From: Dehalococcoidia bacterium
Lineage (GTDB): Bacteria > Chloroflexota > Dehalococcoidia > Lucifugimonadales > UBA1127
Direction of reading: 5' to 3'
Assembly (NCBI GenBank): GCA_965116355.1
Contig: OZ220679.1
Location: 1,118,669-1,182,668, forward strand
Length of the DNA stretch: 64,000 nucleotides
The notes beneath the pieces were generated by a model, which ran no database searches, was not told the origin of the DNA, and saw only the letters and a list, made by a program, of their open reading frames with translations. Positions 7,053-14,834 of the stretch are shown here, one piece after another (the stretch's first letter is position 1; each line of letters opens with the position of its first letter). Both the position numbers and the translations under genes were made by a program.

Positions 7053-8327
7053 CTAGTTGAGGGAGGCGGAGTCTACGAGGCGCTGGAAGCGGGCGGGGTT
7101 GCGGAAGGGGCCCACTACTGCGAGGTTGAGGTTCCGGGGGACGAGCATCTCGCGGGCGGCGAGCTGGAGGTCCTCCGGGGAGACGGCGTCGACGCGGGCC
7201 ACGACGTCGTCGACGTTCATGACGTGCTCGCGCATGAGCCGCTGGCTGCCGAGCCAGAGGGCGACGTTGCGGGTGTCCTCCATCCGCATGAGCATCCGGC
7301 CCTTGGCGTACTCCCTGGCCTTGTGCAGCTCGTCCTCCGGGACGCCGTCCTTGAGCTTGGCGAGCTCCGCGAGGATGGTCTCGAGGGCGAGGGCGGCGTT
7401 GCGGGGGTCGACGGCGGCGTAGACCTCCATGGCGCCGGCGTCGCGGTAGTGGGCGGTGCTGCTGTGGGCCTCGTAGGCGAGGCCGCGTTCCTCCCGGAGC
7501 TCCAGGAAGAGGCGGCTGCTCATGCCCTCTCCGAGGACGGAGCTGAGGATGTCATAGGCGTAGCGCTGGGGGTGCTCCGAGGGGACGCCGTGGAAGCCGA
7601 GGCAGATGTGGGCCTGCTCCGACTTGCGGAGCTCTACGTTGACGCGGGGGACCTGCTGGCCGAGGACGGCGGGGTAGAGGTCAAGGGGCTCGCCGACGGG
7701 CCAGTCGCCCATGGAGCGCTCGAACGAGGCGACGATCTCGTCGTGGTCGATGTTGCCGGCGACGGAGATGACGGCGTTGGAGGGGACGTACTGGTGGTTG
7801 ACGAGGCGGAGCATGGCGTCGCGGGTGAGGGCCTTGACGGACTCGGCGGTACCGCCGACGTCGCGGCCGAGGGGCTGGTCGGGCCACATGGTCTGGTCAA
7901 TGAGGAGGCCGGCGCGGGAGTCGGGGTGGTCCCGGCTGGCGGCGAGCTCCTCCAGGATGACGCCGCGTTCCTTCTCGAGCTCGTTGGGGTCGAAGAGGGG
8001 GTTTCGGACCATGTCGACGATGAGGTCGGCGGCGATGTCGAAGTGGGGGCGGGCGACCTTGCACCAGTAGGTGGTGACCTCCCGGGCGGTGGTGGCGTTC
8101 ATGAGGCCGCCGACGCGGTCCATGGTCTCCGAGACGATGCGGGGCGTAGGGCGGGAGGGGGTGCCCTTGAAGCAGAGGTGCTCCACGAAGTGGAAGGCGC
8201 CGGCCTCCGAATCGGACTCGTAGCGGGAGCCGCCGCCGACGAGGAAGCCGAGGGTGACGGAGCGGGTGTGGGGCATGGCGCTGGTGATGATGCGGAGTCC
8301 GTTGGAGAGGGTGGCTTGTTGAAACAT
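7053..8327 (-). CDS. M16-family (pitrilysin/insulinase-like) zinc peptidase
   Basis: HFVEHLCFKGT = inverted HxxEH zinc motif. Start at ATG 8327 (MFQQATLSNGLRIITS) with GGAAGG SD is preferred over the track start at 8381. Confidence 0.9.
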   Translation of the reverse strand: MFQQATLSNGLRIITSAMPHTRSVTLGFLVGGGSRYESDSEAGAFHFVEHLCFKGTPSRPTPRIVSETMDRVGGLMNATTAREVTTYWCKVARPHFDIAADLIVDMVRNPLFDPNELEKERGVILEELAASRDHPDSRAGLLIDQTMWPDQPLGRDVGGTAESVKALTRDAMLRLVNHQYVPSNAVISVAGNIDHDEIVASFERSMGDWPVGEPLDLYPAVLGQQVPRVNVELRKSEQAHICLGFHGVPSEHPQRYAYDILSSVLGEGMSSRLFLELREERGLAYEAHSSTAHYRDAGAMEVYAAVDPRNAALALETILAELAKLKDGVPEDELHKAREYAKGRMLMRMEDTRNVALWLGSQRLMREHVMNVDDVVARVDAVSPEDLQLAAREMLVPRNLNLAVVGPFRNPARFQRLVDSASLN

Positions 8328-8405
8328 GGCACCTTCCGGAAGTTCTGGTTGTGGGTGACCGCGCCCGCGCGAACCTGGCACTCGCGCGGGGGTACGCTTA
8401 CGGGC

Positions 8406-8435
8406 AGTGTACGCCCGTCACGTGACGGCGGTCAA
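8406..8435 (-). promoter_or_regulatory. candidate promoter TTGACC-18-TACACT with a 14-bp perfect palindrome in the spacer
   Basis: Minus-strand TTGACC 8435..8430 and TACACT 8411..8406. CCGTCACGTGACGG at 8415..8428. Confidence 0.4.
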
Positions 8436-8508
8436 TTTTGCCGGGCGGCGGGGGACTCGTTTTTCTTTTTTTGAGAAACGGGTATTTTGGTAATCACCTG
8501 AACATCTA

Positions 8509-8898
8509 TCAACCCCGCCCCATGATGCGGCAGATGCTGTTGACGGTGCTGATGATGTGCTCCGGCTTGGCATCCGGATTGTTGAGAAGCGCGCGGAGGC
8601 GGACGCGGAGGACGCCGACCTCCGGGGCGAGGCCGCGAATCTCCATGGCTTCCTGCAGGTCTTGCTGTTCCTCCGGGGTCAAGTACTTGGCGTAGAAGCC
8701 GTGCTTGCGTGCGTTCTGGTTGCCGGGCTGGCCGCCGGAGTTTCTGCGTTCGGGTTCCTCCAGGGTTTCCTGCTCCAACTCATCTTCGAGGTCATCGAGG
8801 GCGTCGAGGGCCTTGGCTTTGCGGTAGTCCTGGTAGTTGTGGGCGGCGCGGATCATGTCGGTCATTTCCTTGAGGATGTCGGTCTGGGGCTCCTCCAT
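8509..8898 (-). CDS. small acidic/basic protein, possible phage small-terminase-like or DNA-binding protein (129 aa)
   Basis: ATG 8898 with AAGGAGG SD; the track start at 9063 runs through a repeat and the TcmP 3' end. MEEPQTDILKEM...GGQPGNQNARKHGFYAKYLTPEEQ... The GNxNAxKHG motif recalls N-termini of some phage small terminases, but this is a weak call. Confidence 0.55.
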   Translation of the reverse strand: MEEPQTDILKEMTDMIRAAHNYQDYRKAKALDALDDLEDELEQETLEEPERRNSGGQPGNQNARKHGFYAKYLTPEEQQDLQEAMEIRGLAPEVGVLRVRLRALLNNPDAKPEHIISTVNSICRIMGRG

Positions 8899-8950
8899 GG
8901 CGGGCCTCCTTTGGGTGTGTGTGCATGGAGGACTGTAGCGCGCGGGGCGG

Positions 8951-8978
8951 GGGATGGGGGAGGGGTTGGTGTCAGGGG
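8951..8978. repeat. 28-bp element GGGATGGGGGAGGGGTTGGTGTCAGGGG, copy 1 (copy 2 at 20089..20116)
   Basis: Exact 28/28 identity between the two copies. Each ends 13 nt from a TAnnnT -10-like hexamer on the minus strand (TACAGT 8937..8932; TACCCT 20075..20070). Confidence 0.85.
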
Positions 8979-8980
8979 GG

Positions 8981-9820
8981 TTACCAGTGCTTGAGGATGT
9001 GATCTGCGATGTTGATGGCAATGCGGGCGCCACGCGGGTTGCCTGCAGCAAAGAACAGCTCAAAAATCTCTACGTTCCGCGAGTTCCTGAATGTGCGACG
9101 CGTTGGAGCAACAGCGTGAAACGCGGATTCCAACCGTGCGCGATAGGCTTCCGCAATTTGCTTTGTCCCAGTTGAACGGCTTTGCCGTCGCTCACTGTCG
9201 AACATTGAGAGCTGTGGAGACTCGCTGTAATGACCATACCAGAAGGAACGGCCTCCAAATACTCTATCCAAGCGGCTCGCCAAAGCCGGGCTAGGCTCGC
9301 CATTTCTCCGCATCATGCGAGTAACTGCCATAAGAGGGAACAGAATCCAGCAGTCAATTTTCTTTGTGTCCGCGATGGCAGCTACCGTATCCCAAGACAC
9401 CTCTGTTGCGAACGGATCCAAAAACACAACAGCGCGATCATAAGGCCTCATATCGCGACAGAACCTTTGCACTTCGGCGTTCGCGTCACCTTGAACTACC
9501 TGAATCATTCGCTCAGGGAATTCACTTGCTAGCAGTCGCAAGTCCTCAACTCGGCTTCTATCCTTTTCAATGAATAGGAAGCGGTCAAATGGACGGTTGT
9601 CTATGCTGAGCGCAATTCTCGCAGAACCCGCGTGTACCTCTTGGAATTCTGCGTACTCTTGCGAGGCTTCAACATATGCGCCCGCACCAGCAAACCCGTC
9701 CACATAGGTCAACGTAAAGGGTTGATCCTTCATTACGGTGGTGTAGGCGTCAAGGTAACGTCTGAGGATTTCGAGCTTTTCCGATGTCCATTGGCCGCCA
9801 AACGATGGTACGTTAGTCAT
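8981..9820 (-). CDS. tcmP: three-Cys-motif partner protein TcmP-like (279 aa)
   Basis: MTNVPSFGGQWTSEKLEILRRYLDAYTTVM...LTYVDGFAGAGAY...GSARIALS...FLFIEKD...VVFLDPF matches my recollection of the TcmP family. Starts 2 nt after the DUF5131 stop. Lower G+C than the flanks. Confidence 0.8.
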   Translation of the reverse strand: MTNVPSFGGQWTSEKLEILRRYLDAYTTVMKDQPFTLTYVDGFAGAGAYVEASQEYAEFQEVHAGSARIALSIDNRPFDRFLFIEKDRSRVEDLRLLASEFPERMIQVVQGDANAEVQRFCRDMRPYDRAVVFLDPFATEVSWDTVAAIADTKKIDCWILFPLMAVTRMMRRNGEPSPALASRLDRVFGGRSFWYGHYSESPQLSMFDSERRQSRSTGTKQIAEAYRARLESAFHAVAPTRRTFRNSRNVEIFELFFAAGNPRGARIAINIADHILKHW

Positions 9821-10577
9821 GGTTGGCCGCTCTGTCCGGCATCTCGCGCCATGTTTCGCCGTCAACGACGGCTGCGGCTCCGCCACGCTTGTTTCGGGAT
9901 CCGCCAAGCTGCTTCAGGAAGAAGGCTACGCCCGCCTCTTGCGACTGGTCCCGGAGAAAGCGAACCCACTCCATGTCCATCGGGCGGGCTGCACGGCCGC
10001 TCTCGCCTCCAACGATCAGCCACTGCACGTCGCCGTTGTCGAGCCAGTGGCTCAGGTCCACCTGCCCGAGGAGAGGCTCAGCGGAGACGAAGCGGATGGG
10101 GGCGGGAAGGCGAGACAGAACCGTGATGCGCGGGGCGTACTTTTGGTTTTCGACAGACGTGCCAATCCACACATTCACGGGCCATTCGTCAGCAAAGGCG
10201 GACTTGTTTTCCTCCCACCATGCGACTGCTCGGCCTGGCCGCTTGGTCAGCACCTGGAAGACGTGCCCGCGGGACTCGGCGGCTTCTTGCATGACCTCAA
10301 AGGCGGCCGTCACGAATTCAAAGGGCACGTCATGGTGGAAGAGGTCAGACATGCTGTTGACGAAAACGTGCCGCGGCGTTCCCCAACGGAGCGGCACGTT
10401 CAGACGTTCCGGCAGCAGCCGTACGGTGCTCGGCTCACTTTCGTAGCCCGGCACGCCCATAGCGGTGAGTCGAGGGTAGAGGGCATACATGTAGCAGTGG
10501 TCGCAACCCGGTGACACGCGGGTGCAGCCGGTGACGGGATTCCAAGTCTCGTCCGTCCACTCGATGTTCGACGACAT
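9813..10577 (-). CDS. phage Gp37/Gp68 family (DUF5131) protein with C-x6-C-x2-C motif (254 aa)
   Basis: MSSNIEWTDETWNPVTGCTRVSPGCDHCYMY... is the hallmark N-terminus of the family. ATG 10577 has GGAG upstream; the track TTG start at 10592 is less likely. Confidence 0.9.
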   Translation of the reverse strand: MSSNIEWTDETWNPVTGCTRVSPGCDHCYMYALYPRLTAMGVPGYESEPSTVRLLPERLNVPLRWGTPRHVFVNSMSDLFHHDVPFEFVTAAFEVMQEAAESRGHVFQVLTKRPGRAVAWWEENKSAFADEWPVNVWIGTSVENQKYAPRITVLSRLPAPIRFVSAEPLLGQVDLSHWLDNGDVQWLIVGGESGRAARPMDMEWVRFLRDQSQEAGVAFFLKQLGGSRNKRGGAAAVVDGETWREMPDRAANHD

Positions 10578-10601
10578 CTGGTCACACTCCAATCAGTAAC
10601 A

Positions 10602-10637
10602 GAACGTATATTCTAATAAACAATCGTTCTCTGTCAA
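10602..10637 (-). promoter_or_regulatory. near-consensus promoter TTGACA-16-TAGAAT overlapped by two LexA(Cheo)-box-like sites
   Basis: Minus-strand TTGACA 10637..10632 and TAGAAT 10615..10610. GAACGATTGTTT (10629..10618) and GAATATACGTTC (10613..10602) are each one mismatch from GAAC-N4-GTTC. Confidence 0.5.
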
Positions 10638-10809
10638 GCCCTTCAAAGAAATGAAATGCCACCTCATTTTGTTCCCAGTCCTGGCATGGAACTTCGCACT
10701 GGCGACGGAAGGGCCGAATTCATGTGTTTCCTTGGGCACTCCTACGGGGGATCCTTCTGGGAAGGGGAAGGGTGCCCTTCCACAGGCCCGGGGCGAACAG
10801 TTTGTGGGC

Positions 10810-11619
10810 TCAGGAAGTGCGGCGCGTGCCCAGCGCGTCACCCAGCAGCGCGAAGGCGGCGGCTGTGGTGGCGAGGGCGGCGGCGGGGGCGAGGGTTAGC
10901 CAGGGGGCGGTCTCGAGGAATTCGCGGCCCTCGTTGAGCATGCCGCCCCAGGACGGCGTCGGCGGGGGTGCGCCGAGGCCAAGGTAGCTGAGGGCGGCCT
11001 CGGTGGCGAGGGCGGTGGCGACGAAGCCGGTGGCGTAGACGAGGACGGGGCCGAGGCTGTGCGGGAGGACGTGCCGCAGGAGGACTCGGGCGGGGCTGGC
11101 GCCGATGGTGACGGCGGCGGCGACGTGGCCGGACGTTCGGACGGTGAGGGCGCTCGATCGGGCGAGGCGGGCGGCCTGGGGGGCGAGGGCGACGGCTATC
11201 GCCGTGGTGACGGCGCCGGTGGAGACGCCGAGGGAGACGACGATGACGACGGCGAGGGCCAGCAGGGGAAAGCCGAGGAGGGCGTCGACGACGCGCTGGA
11301 CGGCGAGGTCGAGCCAGCCGCCGCGGTAGGCGCTCGCGAGGCCGACGGCCGCGCCGACGACGGCGCCCGCCGCGACGCCGCCGACGCCGATGGCGAGGGC
11401 GGTGCGCGTGCCGTGGAGGACGCGGGAGAGGACGTCGCGGCCGAAGTTGTCGGAGCCGAGGAGGAAGCTCGCGGAGGGGGCCTCGAGGCGGCGGGCGGTG
11501 TCCTGCGCGAGGGGGTCGGCGGGCGCGAGGACGCCGGCGAGGAGGGCGGCCAGCACGGCGAGGGCGACGACGGCGGCGGGGGCGCCCTTCGACAGGCTCA
11601 GGGTGAACGGCCTCCCCAT
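10810..11619 (-). CDS. ABC transporter permease, peptide/nickel (DppC/OppC-like)
   Basis: LGSDNFGRDVLSRVLHGTR motif and multiple TM segments. The start is uncertain because REP elements (11583..11658) occupy the 5' end: ATG 11619, or 11691 as in the track. Confidence 0.85.
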   Translation of the reverse strand: MGRPFTLSLSKGAPAAVVALAVLAALLAGVLAPADPLAQDTARRLEAPSASFLLGSDNFGRDVLSRVLHGTRTALAIGVGGVAAGAVVGAAVGLASAYRGGWLDLAVQRVVDALLGFPLLALAVVIVVSLGVSTGAVTTAIAVALAPQAARLARSSALTVRTSGHVAAAVTIGASPARVLLRHVLPHSLGPVLVYATGFVATALATEAALSYLGLGAPPPTPSWGGMLNEGREFLETAPWLTLAPAAALATTAAAFALLGDALGTRRTS

Positions 11620-11658
11620 GCCCCTCCCCTCTGGGTTCCCGCCTGCGCGGGAACGACG
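11583..11658. repeat. REP-A + REP-B elements between/overlapping the two permease genes
   Basis: CGCCCTTCGACAGGCTCAGGGTGAACGG (11583..11610); GGGTTCCCGC-CTGC-GCGGGAACGACG (11633..11658). Confidence 0.85.
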
Positions 11659-11752
11659 AAAGTAGGCACTTAGGGCGAACGGAAGTCTCATGGGGACACC
11701 CCCACGCCCCGCCCCTGGATACCGGCTTTCGCCGGTAAAACGTGGTTGGAGG

Positions 11753-12739
11753 TCATGCGGTCACCGCCCGGGGTTCGGCGTGGAAGGAGACGCGGGGGTC
11801 GAGCCAGGCGTAGGCGAGGTCGAGGGCGAGGTTGACGAGGAGGACGGCGAGGACGAGGAGCGTCGTGAGGCTCTGGACGACGGGGAAGTCGCGCACGAGG
11901 GCGGCCTCGACGAGGCCCCGGCCGAGGCCGGGGAGGCCGAAGATGGACTCGAGGATGAGGGCGCCGCCGAGGAGCGTGCCGAACTGCACACCGAGGGCGG
12001 TGAGGACGGGCAGGAGGGCGTTTCGGAGGGCGTGGCCGAGGACGACCTGCCGCTCCGGGAGGCCCTTGGCGACGGCGGTGCGGACGTAGGGCTGCTCGAG
12101 GGTCTCGGCGACGGCGGCCCGGGCGACGCGGAGGACGTGGGCGCCGTACTCCCACGACAGGAGCGCTGCCGGGATGGCGACCATGAGGACGTGCTCCCAC
12201 GGGTCCTCGAAGGGGCTCGCGTAGACGATGGGGGGCGACCAGCCGAGCAGGAGCAGCAGGCCGAGGAGGGCCAGCAGGGCGAGGAGGAAGCTGGGCGTCG
12301 CGAGGCCGGGCAGCATGGCGAGCCTCGCGCAGTGGTCGGGCCAACGGCCGCGCTGCCAGCCGGCGACGACGCCGAGGGGGAGCCAGACGACGAGGGTGAT
12401 CGCGAGGGCGTAGAGGGCGAGGAGGGCGGTGACGGGCGCCTGGCGGGCGATCTGCGAGCGGATGGACTGACCGTCGATGAGGGCGTCGCCGCCGAAGGAG
12501 CCGTCGAACATGGCGGCGAGCCAGCGGGCGTACTGGACGGGGAGCGGGTCGTCGAGGCCGAGCTCGGCGCGGAGGGCCTCACGGACCTCGGGCGAGTGGG
12601 TGGTCTCGCCGCCGCCGGAGAGGATGGTGGCGGCGACGTCGCCGGGGAGGGCGCGCATGACGGCGAAGACGACGAGGGAGGCGAGGAGGGCCGTCGGGAG
12701 GAGCAGCGCGAGGCGTCGGGCGAGGTAGGCGTACGTCAT
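11753..12739 (-). CDS. ABC transporter permease, peptide/nickel (DppB/OppB-like)
   Basis: MTYAYLARRLALLLPTALLASLVVFAVMRALPGDVA... is a typical N-terminus. ATG 12739 is preferred over the track start at 12823. Confidence 0.9.
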   Translation of the reverse strand: MTYAYLARRLALLLPTALLASLVVFAVMRALPGDVAATILSGGGETTHSPEVREALRAELGLDDPLPVQYARWLAAMFDGSFGGDALIDGQSIRSQIARQAPVTALLALYALAITLVVWLPLGVVAGWQRGRWPDHCARLAMLPGLATPSFLLALLALLGLLLLLGWSPPIVYASPFEDPWEHVLMVAIPAALLSWEYGAHVLRVARAAVAETLEQPYVRTAVAKGLPERQVVLGHALRNALLPVLTALGVQFGTLLGGALILESIFGLPGLGRGLVEAALVRDFPVVQSLTTLLVLAVLLVNLALDLAYAWLDPRVSFHAEPRAVTA

Positions 12740-12810
12740 GGCGATGGGGCGCTCCGTCGGCGTGTGTGTTGGGGACAGGATACGGCATGGGGGGCGTTCG
12801 TGGGGGAATG

Positions 12811-13006
12811 ACCCCCATCCCAACCCCGTATCAAGTACGGGGCAGGCTCTTCCCCCTCAAAGGGGGAAGGGGCCTCCTCCCCGCCCCTTTGGGTTCCCGC
12901 CTTCGCGGGAACGACGATGGTGGGAGCGGGACGGGCGATTCGCGAATCGCCCCTACGGGGGTGCGGGTTGGGAAGCGTCGGGGTTCCTGCCTTCGCAGGA
13001 ACGACG
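12811..13006. repeat. 200-bp array of four REP-like units (D, B, C, B) filling the SBP-permease intergenic region
   Basis: ACCCCCATCCCAACCCC..CTTCCCCCT-CAA-AGGGGGAAG (12811..12869), GGGTTCCCGC-CTTC-GCGGGAACGACG (12891..12916), GGGCGATTCGCGAATCGCCCCTACG (12933..12957), GGGTTCCTGC-CTTC-GCAGGAACGACG (12981..13006). Confidence 0.9.
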
Positions 13007-13011
13007 GGGAG

Positions 13012-14772
13012 TTACGGGCGGTCCAGCCAGACGGTGGTGAAGTCTGTGTGGGTGTGGCCGTCCTCGGGGGGGACGACGAGGCCTTTGACGTGGGTGCGGT
13101 AGGGGGCGACGTAGATGGCCTCGGCTATGGCGGCGATGTAGGTCTGCTCGACGAAGATGTAGCGCTGGAGCTGGCGCCAGACATCCAGGCGGCGCTCGGG
13201 GAGGGTGGCCTCGCGGAGGAGGCGGTAGAGCTCGGCGACCTTGGGGTCCTCGTGCTTGGCGTAGGAGTCGGGGGAGACGGAGTACGTGCCGTAGACGCCC
13301 TCGGTGCCCTCGGGGATGGGCAGGACGGAGAGGCGGCCCTGCTGGGAGTCGAAGTCGAGGCTGGTGCGGGCGCGGTTCCACTCGCCCTCGTCGACGAGCT
13401 GGACGCGGAGGTCGACGCCGAGCTCGCGGAGCTGGGCCTGGAGGAACTGGCAGCCGGTGGCCTGGCGGGCGCGGCAGAGGTGGCCCATGGAGAAGCCGAG
13501 GGAGTAGCCGGCCTGCGCCATGAGGCGCACCGCCTCGGCGCGGCGCTCCTCGAGGGGCTCTCGGTCGAAGGTGGGCCAGACGACGTAGGCCTTGTCCTTG
13601 AAGCGGTTGGGCGGGCCGAGGCTGGGCGTCGTCCACCCGAAGCCGCCCAGGACGACGGGTATGGCGGCGTCGCGGTCGATCCACAGGGCCATGGCGCGAC
13701 GGACGCGGGGGTCCTGCCAGGGGCCGGGCTTGAGGACGTTGAAGGCGAGGCGGTACATGCCGCCCTCCATCTCGGCGTAGAAGACGGAATCGCCAAGGTC
13801 GTCGTCGTAGCCGCGCTTGCGCTCGACGGTGAGGTAGTGGCCGAAGCCGCGCGCGCCGCCGTCAAGGCGGCCGGAGCGGAAGGCGGCGTCCATGGCGGCG
13901 GGCTCGCGGATGATGACGTAGTCGATGCCGTCGAGGAAGGGCATGGGGCGGCCGGCGTTGTCGGTCTCGAAGTAGGCGTCGTTGCGCTGGACGCGGATGC
14001 GGGTGCCGCGGTCGTAGTCCTCGAAGGCGAAGGGGCCGAGGCCGACGAGGCCGACGTCGAGGGGGGACACGGAGACGTCGCCGGCCTGCAGGCGGGGCTC
14101 CATGAGGTGCTTCGGGTGGGCGAACTTCAGGCGTGGGTTGGCGAGGACATCGAGAAAGAAGCGGTTGCGCTCGCCGAGGACGATGCGGACGCGGTTGTCG
14201 GGGAGGGCCTCGACGCTGTCGATCTCACCGAGGTCGCCCTTGAAGTAGGCGGGAGCGCGGACCACGCCGTCGGCCTCGTAGCCGTTGAGGGCGAGGTCGA
14301 ACCAGAACTCGACGTCGGCGGCGGTGAAGGGCGTGCCGTCGTGCCAGGTGACGTCGTCGCGGAGGGTGAAGGTCCACTCGGTGTGGCTGGGGTCGACGGT
14401 CCAGGTGGTGGCGAGGTAGGGGCAGGCGAGGTAGAGGTTGCCGCGGCAGCGCATGACGAGGTTGCCGGGGCCGAAGAGGGCGCCGCCGACGTGGTGGAGG
14501 GCGATGCTGCTGGTGCGCATGGTGTCAAAGCCGGAGGGCGGGTCGCCGCGGTTGGCGAGGACGAGGACGCCGCCGTAGGGGCCCTCGGCGGGAGGGGGCT
14601 GGGGGGTTGGGGTGGCGAGGGACAGGGAGGGAGTCGCGGCGGGGTTGGCAGCGGCGGTGGGGGCGGCGAGAGGCGCGTCGGCGTTCGACGCGGGCGCGGG
14701 ATCGTCGGCGGCGGTGCAGGCCGCCGCGAGGGCGAGGCACAGGGCGAGCAGGACGAACGCGCGGCGTGTCAT
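13012..14772 (-). CDS. ABC transporter substrate-binding lipoprotein, family 5 (peptide/nickel)
   Basis: MTRRAFVLLALCLALAAAC lipobox, then a Pro/Ala-rich linker and an SBP_bac_5-like body. ATG 14772 is preferred. Confidence 0.9.
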   Translation of the reverse strand: MTRRAFVLLALCLALAAACTAADDPAPASNADAPLAAPTAAANPAATPSLSLATPTPQPPPAEGPYGGVLVLANRGDPPSGFDTMRTSSIALHHVGGALFGPGNLVMRCRGNLYLACPYLATTWTVDPSHTEWTFTLRDDVTWHDGTPFTAADVEFWFDLALNGYEADGVVRAPAYFKGDLGEIDSVEALPDNRVRIVLGERNRFFLDVLANPRLKFAHPKHLMEPRLQAGDVSVSPLDVGLVGLGPFAFEDYDRGTRIRVQRNDAYFETDNAGRPMPFLDGIDYVIIREPAAMDAAFRSGRLDGGARGFGHYLTVERKRGYDDDLGDSVFYAEMEGGMYRLAFNVLKPGPWQDPRVRRAMALWIDRDAAIPVVLGGFGWTTPSLGPPNRFKDKAYVVWPTFDREPLEERRAEAVRLMAQAGYSLGFSMGHLCRARQATGCQFLQAQLRELGVDLRVQLVDEGEWNRARTSLDFDSQQGRLSVLPIPEGTEGVYGTYSVSPDSYAKHEDPKVAELYRLLREATLPERRLDVWRQLQRYIFVEQTYIAAIAEAIYVAPYRTHVKGLVVPPEDGHTHTDFTTVWLDRP

Positions 14773-14834
14773 GCGACTATTGTGCTGGGGGGAGCGTGGA
14801 GCGTCCACTCCCCTAAGGCAGTCATCTCGTGTCG

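Noticed and set aside
12811-13006. Possible CRISPR array (clustered short palindromic repeats)
   Set aside because: The units belong to different families, have irregular spacing with no unique spacers of constant length, recur singly elsewhere, and no cas genes are present. REP-like elements are the better explanation.
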